Positions 23,207 through 37,287 of a DNA stretch of 64,000 nt are shown here, one piece after another (the stretch's first letter is position 1; every line of letters begins with the position of its first letter). The notes under the pieces are model-generated. The model did not search any database and had not been told where the DNA came from. It saw nothing but the letters and a program-made list of their open reading frames with translations. Source of the stretch: Seison nebaliae. Its lineage: Eukaryota. The translations under genes were made by a program, and so were the position numbers. Where the stretch lies: positions 1 through 64,000 of the forward strand of contig JALJEE010002203.1 in NCBI GenBank assembly GCA_023231475.1, given 5' to 3'.

Positions 23207-26200
23207 GTCTGTGTGCTGCATATAGAGATATGTTAATATTGTCTTTTACAGTCGTATCTTTAGCATTTTTATGGTGTGAATATATTTTATGTCTCATTAC
23301 TTCATTGTCGATTCGAGTCTATTATGTAATATGAATGAAATATTCCAGAAGTTGATTGTAAAACTTGTGCGACTATTCCGTTGAGACAAGCGAAAACTCG
23401 AGCCAATAGAGACATCTTATCAATTCGTGAAGATTATTAGAATTGCCTCATTCCCATATCCTTGATCTAACTATCCATATAATCAAGATAGGTGAAATTG
23501 AAATGTCGTGCGAGAATCATAATTCGTTTCTCTTCATTCTCTTCCAGTCATCTTCACTCCCCAATCACTTCTCTCCCACAATCCGCTTCGTCATTTCTAT
23601 TAATTTTTCTATTTTTGTCTAATGTTTGTTTTTTTTTGTTGGTAACCGATGACAAGAATTGGTTAGTTCAAAAGTGGCAATGTGTCCTAAAATTTCTGTT
23701 GACTTTTCAATCATTGTCAAGAAACTGCATTTGAAAAGAAAATAACAGGTTCCTAAAAGTAAGACGAAGGTTTTTTTTAATGAACTTTATTGATTGGGTC
23801 AGATTGCCTTCGGAAGAAAGAAAAGCAACAATATGTGCAGCTGTCGTAACAAATTATCACAAATGATGTATTACCTATTTCTTTCTCAATTTATTAGATA
23901 AATTTATTCAATCACAAATATTTCGTAAGTATATTAATCGGGAGAAATTTAACAATTCTATAGTTACTATTCTCTTCTACTACTTTAACGAGAGAAATAT
24001 GTTTTCGCATGTCAAAATTCCTCCATCTTCAAATTGTTTCCCAGTTTTATTTCATATGTCAAACTAAAAATCTGCTTATCTAAAAGTAGATTTCCAGGCT
24101 AAAGTTGAATAATTATTTTTAAGATTCGATGACCAACCAAATTAAATTTTTTTAATTCCATAAATTATTTGTTACGTCCAACCATTCTTTGTTTTTTTTT
24201 TTTGAAGCGATCTTCTATCTCTGATGGAAGTGACTTTTCCTCATTTATATTTGGCGAATAATTTCATTTCGCAAATTATGTTTCTTCAAATGATGAGAAG
24301 TGTAACACCGCTGATATATGACGCCAAATGTTCTTCTGATAAGAAAGAAATTATTTCCAATGTTCGATTGCAAAAGGACGAAATGAGACGAGAAAAATAT
24401 TATTTTCAATTTGATATTTTCGTTTCAGAAATTTTTTGCTACACCTCCTCCAAGCTCTGGGAAATGAGGACGAAAGATTCGTTTCCCCGACATAATATTT
24501 CTTAATTGAATTTCGAATATGATAAGTTTTCTGACGTTTATGATTTCGTCTCATCTAACAGTCAAACATGAACCATCAAAATGGTAGTCACAACAGACTC
24601 GTTTTATCATTGAAATGGAAGAAGAATCTGCGTCAAACATTCTCTTATTTGTCATTCAATTTTTATTATTCTTCTCCTTTTCATGTTTCTTTCTTTCGTG
24701 ATAACTAATAATATTTTAATTAATTCCTCTCCCGATAATTTCTTCGCATTCTCTCAAAACTTTCTTCTAATTATACTTTCCTTTTACAGTATTTATTTGG
24801 CAGCAATTTTTTTCATCATAATAATCAACACAACAATGGGAGTCATGTTCGATAGATGATGTCAAATTATTCTCTCAATATTCCAAACAATAATTTCGGG
24901 CAATATTATCCTCATCCTCATCGTCGCTGTTTTTTTTTAATATAATTCAATAATCGAACGGGTCGAAGTTAACTGAAATGTTATGAAATCAATAACGGTC
25001 GCATTGAATGGAATGGATTCTTAAACGTCATTTATATTATCACCATTCGTATTTGGTCGACAATTGACCATATTATGCGGTCCAACAGATATTCGATGAA
25101 ATTGTGGAGAAGTCGATCAGAATCGTCAACATTGGAAGTTAGTAATGAAACTTATTTAAATTTGAAAAGCAATCCTTCAAAATTGACTTGAAGGTAATTG
25201 ATTTCGATCAAATAATGATTCTGCATGAATTAGCTGATTTATTAAGCAGTTAAAAAAAATAATTTTATTTCTGCCAATTCTTCATCGAAATACAAATAAA
25301 TATGTTTCTTTTTAAAGAATAATTTAAGCATGATGTAATATTTCTTTCTCGAAAATAATACTAATTAGTCAATTTTTTTATTTGATATGAATTCGACATA
25401 CCATCTGTAGGTAAATGAAATTTTGGGTGACATCTCGTGCACTCCTTCCCATAGATACAGATGCTCAGAAAATAGATAAAATATTTGAGATACTTTTCTA
25501 CTCTGTCAAAATATTTATATCATTTCATTGAAAAGGAAAGAAAATTCAGGAAGAAGAACAACAATAACAGCAGGAAAAATGGAATGTGTATCATTTGACT
25601 AGTACGAGAATGATCAGTCCATAAATGAATACACTTATTCACTTCTTTTTAGGAATTTTAACGAATTTCACTTCTTCTCTTACAAATAATCAAGAGGAAA
25701 AAAATATCTCCACTATCCACTCAATGACTTCCTACTTCCCTCCAACGCAACATTTTATGTTAATGAATAGCATAAATTTATCAATTTTTTTAACATTAAT
25801 AACTTTTAGAAATTTCTTTGAAAAAAGTATTGGAGTTTGAGACAAATTTCCGGAGAATTGGTAAATAACTTAAACTTCTCGCGTCTTATTTTTCTATCAC
25901 TACTTCGATCGCATTCACTCTCGTCTTTTCTCTTCAACATTCATATCGGATATATCCATCGGATATAACTATTATCACCATTTCTTAAAAATCGGGTTAC
26001 ATTCTCCTCCTCAGATAACTAATGAATTTGCAGTGAATAAGTGTTATTTACTTAGTTATTGGAAGTAATTTAACATTGTTCCTGATCAATAATATTGGTA
26101 AGAATTTGATTAAGTTACTTGGGGAATTTCTGTGAGAATATATCTTAGAAATCGCTTCAAATATTGCATGATTCTTCCACATCAATTCTCCTTTGTCGAC

Positions 26201-29200
26201 CGAATATAAGGTAGGTAGGTAGGAGATTTTAGTTGAATTGTTTGAGAATGATAAATCATAAGAAAGAAGTGGGCGTTCGATTTGGTGTGATCTATTGTGT
26301 TCTTCCTTCGTCTTCCACCACCCCAAATCTTCTAATCGTAATCACGATGTCCATGACGCTGGTGTGTAATATATGGGAATTATCGATCTAAATAATTAGT
26401 CGTTACAATCATTCAATGATGTTATCGAATTAAGATTTGTTGAAAAAATTATTTAAGCCGATTTTATCGTTCAACACGTTAATTGAACGATCATTGTGCA
26501 GCTAATCGATTCTACGTCGTATGTAATGGAAATAAATAAACAGAATATGCGTCTGATGATTTTCTTATCTAATCAATCGTATATGATAGTTGGGGAGAAG
26601 GAAACATAAATAATTCTTGAAACCAATAGTCTGACGTAAACATATTCCTTTCCGATGTTCATCGGCTTACACAACAACAGATCCCTTTTCCATCATACTG
26701 TGTATTCATAGTAGCATTAGAAGTACATAAATTTTGGATTAAACTCTTTCCAAATTGCTTCCAATCATTTCATCATTTCATCCCTAGTCAATTTGATGGT
26801 ATTGGAAACCTCAGTTTCGGTCAATATCATTCCCTTTTTAAATAATTTTAGTTTTCGAAATTTTTCTTAAATTTTTCTTAAGACTACACTTTCATCATTT
26901 ACGCTATTCATCTTCGGTTTTTTAATCAATGAATGAATTTGAGTGAGATATGCTCCTCTTATTTTCGGTCAATTATCAAAATTTTTGAAGGCACATTTAA
27001 AGTGGAAGATTAAAGGAAGTTGGATGTAATACATATAATTATAATTCGAAATGTCCCACTTTCCAACATAAGTGGCAGTGCAGTAAGATGGTTGGAAGAG
27101 AGTTGACTTGGAAAGTATTTGTTATTTATCGATTTTCCTTTTGCTAAGCGCGAAAAACAATGTTGTTATGTGAAAACTTGAGAATTCTTTTTATGATAAT
27201 TCCTTTCGATTATCATGAGAACTTTCTTATTTTCCATGGCCTATTATCTAAGTGATTATCGTATTAGGAGTAAATAGTTTCATTCATAAATATCGTTGAG
27301 ATATACGCGTATATCTTTCATGTATTTCACTTAACATATTGAGTGAGTTGGGAAAAGATGCACGTAAAATGTTAGTTATATGAATGAGTCGCATATTTTC
27401 AATTACCTTCACAATGCTCCGGTGATGGCATGTTGGTGATAACTGTTTACTTTGTTTATACGTAGGTGATTGCATAAATAAGGATGAGTGAAATAGATTG
27501 AAAACTGAATATTCTTCATATATTCAAATCTGTCGGGAATGATGAGCCAACAAATGGTGATAAGAATTGCCAATCTTAACCTTTAGCGTCCAACTTATTT
27601 ATGTTGTGGCGGTTACTTCTGCAGAGATAATTGGGAGATTTATGAAAGCATTTTTTTAGTCGAAAAAAGATGAGGGAAATGTTTTCTTCGGAATCTACCT
27701 TCTGACGAAAACTAACAATTCTATTTTAGAAATTGCTCTTAAATAAAATCTCCTTTTTTTCGTAAAAGATTATGTTCGTTGTATTATAAACAAACGATAC
27801 ATATGTAGATAGAAAATGATGAAAAAGATTTAAGTCGAAGGTAATGATTTGTTTCGATGATCTATTCATATTTCTTTGCATATTATTTCAAGGTCGTCTT
27901 CCCATTCATTTATCGAGTGGGAGACTCGATTGCTCTTTCTTATGGAAGTATCACCTCAATTTTGCATTATACGCAAAGAATCATATCTCAGATTGAAATA
28001 AAGGAGACTATGAACATAACAAAACTTAATTTTATAAATGGATGTTTATTCGGGTGTAGGGGGGATTGGGAATGTTGAATCATTCACGTGTATCGTGACG
28101 TGTATAGGAATGGATGTGCATAGTTTGGCAAACACTAGAACTTCTACCAGTTCGAATATCCTGTATAATACTTATCCATTTATATTCATTAAACTCACTG
28201 TGAGTACATTAAACTTATTTCGAATAAGATATATATCGCGTATGGAATTATTTACCGAAAATTATTCATTTTTATGTTATTTAAGAATAATATTAAATTT
28301 GATAATAACTCAAGTTCCCTTTCAGGAATACTATGCATATTAGCAAATTCAATCATTATCTTCCTTTCCCTTTGACGTTTAACATATCCCTCCATCCCTC
28401 CATCTCGTTGTAGCTAATCTTTAAAATAATTTAAATGTCCGTACAACAATGCTAATTGATCGGACAAATGGAAACATTTTTGTTCTTACAATAAATTATT
28501 TGTTGTATCGCTCGATTTTCATCCTGCCGATTTGAACATCTTGCTTATTTCTTTAACTTATCCATCAGTTCCTTTTATTTCTAATTGGAGGCAATTCCAA
28601 TCATCCCATTGTCAATTGTGCTCGATGGAACTACATCGAACGAAGCCCATCACCAAACAGAAGTAGAATGACATATTGATAGATTCCTCCTTTCTTTTTT
28701 ATTAACTTTCACATCGATGTAATTTGGCTTTCTTTTGCACAAACATATTTTAATCAGTTCTTCTTCTGTGTGCACTCTAATATTTACGAAGGCAGAAGCA
28801 ATTCATTGTGCTCTTCAATTAATGTTCTTGCGTCCGAGAGGAACTTTTTGTCTTTCCATTCTAATCTTTCGCTGTATAATAAGAAAAGAAAGCAATTGTA
28901 TAATGGACATCTTTCCCTCGCATTAGGCCAGACCACTTGGCTATTTTTCTTTGCGTCATGTCCATTCTATCCGCCTTATTTGACAAGAGAAGTCGACTAT
29001 GTATAATATACCAGGAAAAAGCGGATCTTACTCCGCTTAATCAATCAGTGATTGATACATTGGAATTAATTGTTTATTGAATAACAATTCATCCTTCACA
29101 TAAAGTATTTCTGTGATTTCCTGATAAGTTTTTTTTATTGATTATAATGAAAAGTCAACATGAATCTCAACAACAAGTACGTATTTTAATCAATTGACCA

Positions 29201-30551
29201 TTGATCAATCACTAAATACATTTTCCGAGTCCATGGAAAAATGGGAGAAAATGTTTCTTTTTTTAATTTGACAATTGGAATGTCAGAAACAATTAGCTGA
29301 TAATTCGAACGTATCACCATATTTATTTTTCGGCCATTCTCCTCTCACTCTTTTGTTTGTTGAAGATATTTATCTACTACTAATAGATTTCAGTTTGAAT
29401 TATTATGCTCAAGTAGCATTTCTTCTGCTTGTTGGCGATTGTTAATGTTTGCTTAAGATGATAGAATTTCTCTAACATTCTCATACGGATGTTAATGGAT
29501 AATGATAATAAGTATTCATCCGAACACGTCACAACACACTCACCCACATATCCCGACACGTAAGCTTAATCATGTTTGATGGTTGATATAAGCGCCTTGA
29601 TACATAAGGTATCTTTATAAAATTTCTTTTCGATCGAATTATAGCTTCTGGTCCAATAACTTCATCATGAAGAGCCGAAGAAAGAATATTCCTTCTGCAG
29701 CATACTTATCCTTCTTCTATACAATGAAATAATTAATCTATTCTGCATGTTCCTCAATGAAATTGTGTCATATTTGACATTATTCTCACCATTTCTTTTT
29801 CGTCTATCTGCCTAATAAAATAACGATGTGCAACATTTCATTAGAGTTGGAAAATATATTTCAATTAACCTTTCTATACTTTCTCAATGTGTAAAGCATG
29901 AAATGGAAAAATGTTTTGTAATCTAGGTTTTCTTGAATATTAACTAAATTCTAATTAGAATCGAATGTGCTATTTTTAGTCAAAAAAGATAAGGAAATTC
30001 TTCCATCAAAACATTCCTCATTCTTATGAATGCCTCCCATCTTTCCAGTTAGTAAGGAATTGATTTTCATAAAAAAAACTTGCCTACTCATAAAGTAGTT
30101 TCGAGAGTAAATAGCAACATTTAAATATTTCCACCCAAATTTCTTATTAAATTTTCTGCACCTACCTCATCCAATTCAATGAAGACATTCTTCATTCATT
30201 CCATTCCATCCTCTTTTTTTAGGTGCTAATAAATTGATAAAATTTAATCTTATAATATATTATTATATGTATGTGATAATTTCATGGAATCACATGTTTC
30301 ATTTTCGAGAAAATATTTCAAATTCCTATTTACAGGTCAATTAGACGGGAGGAGAATGTTATTGACGAAATTAACAAATTATATGATAAAACTGATTTTC
30401 TACGTCACACGACGAATTATTTATTTATTAAACTTCCTCCTATCAAACCAGTCGACTGATGTTTAATTGGGAATTCTTTGGAGAAAGAAAAATCTACAGA
30501 TAAAATTGATAAAATTCCGATAAAAATGTTAATTTTCTTTTTAATTTTCAG

Positions 30552-33500
30552 AATGGCTACAATGAACAATTAGATTGCGTAGCAGTCAGACATGCATTTT
30601 CCATTGGAACACTTTATCGACAGCAATCATATGATTTGATTCCACACGATAATAATCGAAAAAGAATTACTAAACGAATTGTTCTTAATACTACGACTAA
30701 TGTTACAGAAGAGAAGAAGAATCTTTCCAATTGTGTATTGAAGGCAGCTGATACTTCCTCAAAGCGAATAACAGAACGTAATGTTCAGCAAACATTACCA
30801 CCATCATCGGACACTGCACATTATAATAATTTCAATCAGAACTTAACCGATAAATCTCTCATAGAACATTTGGAAGCGATTAGTGACGAGCATTCGGTAG
30901 ATACAGTAATTCATCTTAATTCTTCATTAGCAAGTGTCGATGATTGTCGAGAGAGGAAACGATACGCCCGAGATTCTTTGGGAGGAAATAATGATAAATT
31001 AAATGATTTCCACTCACATTCGTTGAACAACAAACAAAACGATTTTTCAAAATTATCTAATTCCGATCTTCATGGTACACTGATCGATTCGAATAAGGAT
31101 TTGCCAGTGAGAAAAGATTGGAAGAAATATAACAAATATTCCTGTCCCACATCTCTCCACCACCAGTCATCAGTAACAACACATCAGTTAAGATATTCGA
31201 ATGATCAGGAAGATAAAACAAATTCGATTCAAGACAAATTACCGTTAACTGCCGACAATAAATCGAATTCAGCTCAATTTGTTTTCTCCAGATCCATTTC
31301 ACAACAAAGTGCTACTTTGTCAGATAATCGACCGAAATTATTTGCAGCATATTCACTTTCCACACGTATTGCGGCGGAATCATTTCGAGAAAAACGCTTT
31401 CCTCACTTATTCACCAATACGGTCGATGAATGTTCGGAGGCGACAGCGAGCATCCCAGATTTATCGAATGGACAACCGTTGAATACAATTGTTGAGAATG
31501 TTAAAGAATGTATCTCATCCTCTCATTATTCGAGTAAGCAGAGTAGTATTAATGAGTGGAGTATTCCCGAAATATCATATAACGACAATTTAACAACTCA
31601 ATATCACATTCTACAAAATTCCGATTCCGATGATAATTTACTTTGTCCGTCCATTCATCCCAACCATTTGAAATCATCGAACATCTCATACGGAAGTCTC
31701 GAGAAAGATCGAACGAACGTCATCAATCAAAGTCAGACTCATAACAATTTGTTTCAAGTACCCAACAAATACAAATATAAGGATCTTCCTGAAAAGAAAT
31801 CAGAAAGTTGTGATAATCATAATCCGACGAATAGTGTCACATCAATTCCTAATAATAAAAATCAACATCTTGAAATAAGTAATCGATATATCGATATATT
31901 TATTGAGAACGCTTCCGATCGTAATAGTGAATCGTTCAGTACATCTGATTCTACAACTCGTGAAAACGAACGACTATTTCCATCATGTTCAATCAATCGA
32001 TTGTATGTGCCGAAACAGGATAGAAAGGTTAACGAATTTAGTTCATTAAAAAAACGTGCATCAAGTTTAAGCGCATTACCTCTCGTAACACATACTTTCA
32101 ATAATAAACCGATCGTGACGAAAGAGGAGAACAATCATCCAGAAAGAATTCTAACGAATCATCAGAATCATTGTTTATATCATTCGAATCAATCATTTAG
32201 TGCAGATAATCGTAATCGACGTCTTATCCCGTCAAACAATTATTATCCGAAAAAAAAACGTATTGAAGATACACTCGATCTTTGGCTGAATAATCATAAA
32301 AGGACGACAACCAACATTAATGGTAGCGACCGATGCAATCATCGTCAAGGAGGTAGAGCACAATTGTTGGCGAACGATCCATCAGTTGACCCTCTAGATC
32401 AGAAAGTAGTTGCAAGAGACAAACATAAGACGAAACTCAGTTCCTTAAATATATTGACAATCGGAACGAACTATTCGAAAACGAGTCGTCTTCTCACCAA
32501 TCTCAATTCTCGCACCAACAACATCTCTTCCACTTTGTCTTCGGCTCTCAAAAATTTCAACAGTAGTTACATCAATCAAAATGACAATAGACATAATCGG
32601 AAACCAATAATAAATAATGCTTTCAGTGAATATAAGAAGAGACCGGATTCGAAACGAATAAGAAAAGTTACTGATCGAATTAATAATTGGAAAACTTCTC
32701 CATATTTACCTTCAAATTTCAAAATTTTGAAACCGCAATTAAAGCAGAGACAACGTATCGATTCAGTGAAGAACAATAAATCTTTTCCCAATAAAGAACC
32801 GTCATTAACTGAACGTACTTCATTGATACAGTCGACAGTTAATTATAAACATCCCAAATTTACTAGTAAGAACACTCAGGATTCGAATAATACGAACGCT
32901 TCCCTCACTAATTATCAATCAATTGCCAACGCCTCAGCAGTCGTTATTTCTAATCCATATTCTCTTGATCCTCAATACAAAATCGCGTCGAACACATCGA
33001 GTCAGAATGCCACACAATCCGAATCACCTTGTGACAAGAATTTGAAACTTGCCCCAAACATTATTTTGCAACCTCAGAAATCTGCACCTGTCAATCAATC
33101 ATCTTTCCAATTCACCACTATCCCAAAACATCTCAGTGCCTATTGGGATAGACAACAATCAACCTCTTTTGTAAAAGCCAAATCTAATAATATCATCACA
33201 CCTCGACTACGTAATCCTTATATTATTCAACATAAATCTTTGAGAAGTATTCGATCGAATTCGAATACGAGGTCGAAGAAATATCAAAATAAAGCCCGAT
33301 TCTCAGCTTCATCCACTCTGCGAACAGTCCATCAAACTCTCTCCTCAATTCATAGTTCATTTTCAAAAATCGATTTTAACATGGGACATTACAAATTGGG
33401 TTTGAGGAAACATCTCTTCGAAAAGAGGAGATTAGTAGCCGATTGGTCTCTATTCACCGCATTGTTAGGTATCGTTATAATGGTTCTAGAAACTGAATTC

Positions 33501-36500
33501 ATTATCAATTCTGTATATCTTTCTGTTAATTTTTCATTTAATTTTTTTATTAATGGTTTAATTTCTTCTTTTAAAATAGAACTCAATAAAGTCAGTCGTT
33601 ATGAAATCAATGATATCCGTTTCCACACTCATTCTTCTTTGTCTGATATCATTCTATCATTTTATTGATTTCCAAGTTATTTTAAATTACTCGTACAAAC
33701 TATTATTCTTTATTATTCTTTCTCCAGTTGTACATGTTAGACAATGGTGTAGATGATTGGAGAATAGCAATAAATTTTCATGCATTACTTGCTATTACAA
33801 TCGAATTAATCATTTGTGCCGTTCATCCATTACCAGCAATATCTGATATCTATTTCCAACAACAACAACATAAGTTTATTTATTCCATTAAATTTATTCA
33901 ATTTATTTCACTTTTTTTTAAAATCAGTTTTCTCTCCAATTCATTGAATACCACACAAGCCTCAACTACCCAAATTAATACGACAACTAGTACGGTGGAA
34001 TCAGCATTGATGAATGACGATTTTAAGAGGGGACGAAGTTCTGCTTTGACGAAGTTAATGCAAGTCTCTCACATTTATCATGGAATGAAATCCAATGTAA
34101 GCAAACATTTAAAACGTCAACGACAATCTTCTTATGACATTCCTTTGCAAAAAAATTATGTTAACGATCCTCATGTGTATCGGCGACAGAAACGAGAAAC
34201 AAACGATGAGCATTTGACCGGCGGTAAACCGGCGAAATGTTACGACGACTTAGTAAGTGTATCGATCGATGTTGCCTTGTCTGTACCAATGTGGGCGAGA
34301 TTGTACTTGGTTGGTCGGGTACTCTTACTTCATTCACGTCTTTATACTGATACTGCGTCGAGATCGATCGGCGCATTGAATAGAGTCAATATCGACACAA
34401 GATTCGTTCTTAAAACTCTAACGACCTTACGACCAGCCACCGTTCTCATGGTTTACATCATTAGTTATGTTTCAATTGCCAGTTGGACACTAAGAGCATG
34501 TGAAAGGTATTTTCTTTTAAAAATCTATTAAAAAAATTTAGTATTTTAAATTTTAGTAACGATTCGAACATTCTAACATTTCCAAGCGCGGTTTGGTTAG
34601 TTGCCATTACTTTCCTTGCGATCGGTTATGGTGATGTTGTACCGAAAACAATCATTGGTCGAATAGTATGTGTGATGTCTGGACTAATGGTTTTCTTATC
34701 AATTTAATATTCTTTTTACATTTTAATTAATTTCTTCTCCTTTTCTAGGGCGCTTTCTGTACCGCTTTAGTTGTAGCAGTTTTAGCTCGAAAATTAGAGT
34801 TATCGAGAGCAGAAAAACATGTACACAATTTTATGATGGACACAGCGCTAAATAAACAGGTTTCGCTAATTTCCATTTTTATTTGAAGAAATATATAAAA
34901 AACGGTTTCAGTTGAAGAATACAGCGGCGAATATCTTACGAGAGACGTGGTTAATCTACAAATATACACATCTAGTGAAGAAGATAAGTAAGGCTCGAGT
35001 AAGATTACATCAAAGGAAATTTCTTCGTGCAATTCATCGGTTGAATTTTTTTCAAAATCCATCGAAAAATTCTAATAACTAAATTGTTGGCAGATTTCGA
35101 CGAGTTAAACTGGATCAAAGGAAATTAACGGAAAATGCGAACTCGCTAACTGATATGGCGAAAGTTAATAAGATTTTTATTATTTCAAATTTTGTTCTCC
35201 GTTTTCCTAACCCACTTCTTGATGATTTGAAAATATTGAAATTCGTAAAAAGAATGAGAAATTTGATTAAGAGCGATATATTTTTTTAAATTTTCCTATT
35301 TTCATTCCAAGCAGTTTCGAAGTCCTGTTAACGATGTGTCTCCACCATACATGAACAATTTCCTTGAGGTATAACTAGTTGAAAACAATGTGTATCGCTA
35401 TCATTCTCGCTTCGTTTCGATATAGTTTCTTTTATGCTATAAACTTCCATCAGCTACAGTGACACCATATTATTAGTTTCTGAAACGAAAAAAAAATTAT
35501 GAAAAAAAAACTCCAGTAAGAGTTGAATTATATTTTCTTATATTTATAGTAAATAAAAATATTATTTCTGAAAAATATTATGTAATTTTCTTTTCTTTCA
35601 ACTAATCCACTCAATTCTAATTTCTTTTCATCTCATTTCCTTTTGTTTAGGTGCAGAATAATATTTACGAAACGGTTTCCAATTTCAGTGAATTTAATGC
35701 AGCAATTAATCAGAGAATGGGCGAATTGGAGAATAATGTGAAAATGATACAAGTTCAATAATTTCTATCATTCTTTTTTGAATTTTTAATTTTTTAAATT
35801 TTATTCTAATAATTCAGAAACAATTTACGATTATTCCCAACGAGATCGCACAAGTCGTTTCGAAGAAGAATAAAGAATTATTATTAAAATTATGCGAAAT
35901 GCCAACGCCATATGGAAGTCGAAATGATATCCATCAAATAGCAAATAATACCTCAAGAAATAACATTGACTGTTTCCATACAAATCAATGTAGTATCAAT
36001 AGTAACAATTCCAGTCGACAATTGAGAAGTCGCAATGTAGGTACTCGGGAGAATAGTACAAGAAGAACAAGTAATGATAGTAATCCGAATTGTTGTTCTT
36101 CTTCTATTCCCAAATTGCCAACTCGTTATGAAGCGAAGACATTGTTACCGGACTTTTGTGCAGATATTCAACACGCCGTTCCGAGACAAGATCAGAAAAG
36201 TTTAAGGAAAGCGCATACGTTCCGATTCGCGAGTATCGAAGATAAGGATTCGGTGAAGTGTAGTGGGAGGAAATCAGAAGTCATTCCTCCAATCTCCCAA
36301 TCAGTCAAACAGGAAAACATCTTATTAAACAAATTGGATTTGATGAAAAAGATGAATGTCACACAAAATTCAAATACGAAACTGAGCAATGATGCGGTGC
36401 GTATAACCACCGCATCCACCACCAGCACAAACACAAATCTAGTTTTCCAATCGAAAATGTATGATAATTTATATAATAACTTTAATGAGAATAATAAGCA

Positions 36501-36507
36501 GAATTAA
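30552..36507 (+). CDS. KCNN: Small-conductance Ca2+-activated K+ channel (SK/KCNN family); 5' end unresolved
   Basis: Exons 30552-33524, 33580-33675, 33728-33873, 33928-34506, 34557-34689, 34749-34859, 34912-35039, 35094-35163, 35651-35752, 35818-36507, all phase-consistent. Motifs [59 protein letters not shown], and CaM-binding [23 protein letters not shown]. Confidence 0.93.
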
Positions 36508-37287
36508 TGGTTTGTCGAAAGAAGAATACTTATTGGATTTCTTTGAAATACCCGGTTCATAAAATATTTTTGGTGTAATTGTTTTTGGTGTTTTTGGTCT
36601 TATTATTCATTTACTTCTGCAGATAAACTAAATCAACTCGAACATCTCTTTTGCAATATGTTTATTATCTAAATTTATCAATCTAAATATTCTACGACTC
36701 CACTAAAATTTTCTCCTCTCCTTCATTTTATTCGTATCGAATAAAATTTCTATTTCAAACGATTTCTCTTTTCACTCTTATAGTTTCTTGTTAATTTTAA
36801 TAAATTCCATAATTTAATGCAAATCATCATAAATCATTTCTGTTCCTTTTACTACCCTTTTCTTCAGTTTAAAATCAAAAATTTCTTATTGTCATTAGAA
36901 GAAATAAGTTGATAATAAAATGAGGATAAAACAAGGATAAAATGATGATCTTATCATAATATTTCATATCGAAATATTTAAAATTCAAATTAACTTAAAT
37001 TTGTATAATAATTTGAAATTTTAGAATTCCAGTGAAGAAAATGAAGAATATGAATAGAAATATAATATATAAATTTATTTTGTTTGATAAACGAAATTAA
37101 ACACTTGACAATACAAATGATGGAAAAATAAATTAGTTCAGTTGAAACTTTAAATGCGGAAAGAATATACAAAAGTAAATAATGAGGTAGATTAGAGTAT
37201 TTCAAAAATAATTTGATGGATAGAATATCTTATTTAATTTTGAATTTTGATTTAATCAAATCAGAAAATTAGAATCGAGAATCAATT

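Noticed and set aside
27073..27094. TGGCAGTGCAGTAAGATGGTTG resembles mature miR-34 (seed intact, 18/22 against the recalled invertebrate sequence)
   Set aside because: No complementary 3' arm downstream, so no pre-miRNA hairpin. It would need small-RNA reads to revive.
33580..33727. Apparent frameshifts or premature stops in SK, bZIP, RBM39 and PABPN1 suggesting pseudogenes or a variant genetic code
   Set aside because: All are resolved by short GT-AG introns with consistent phases under the standard code.
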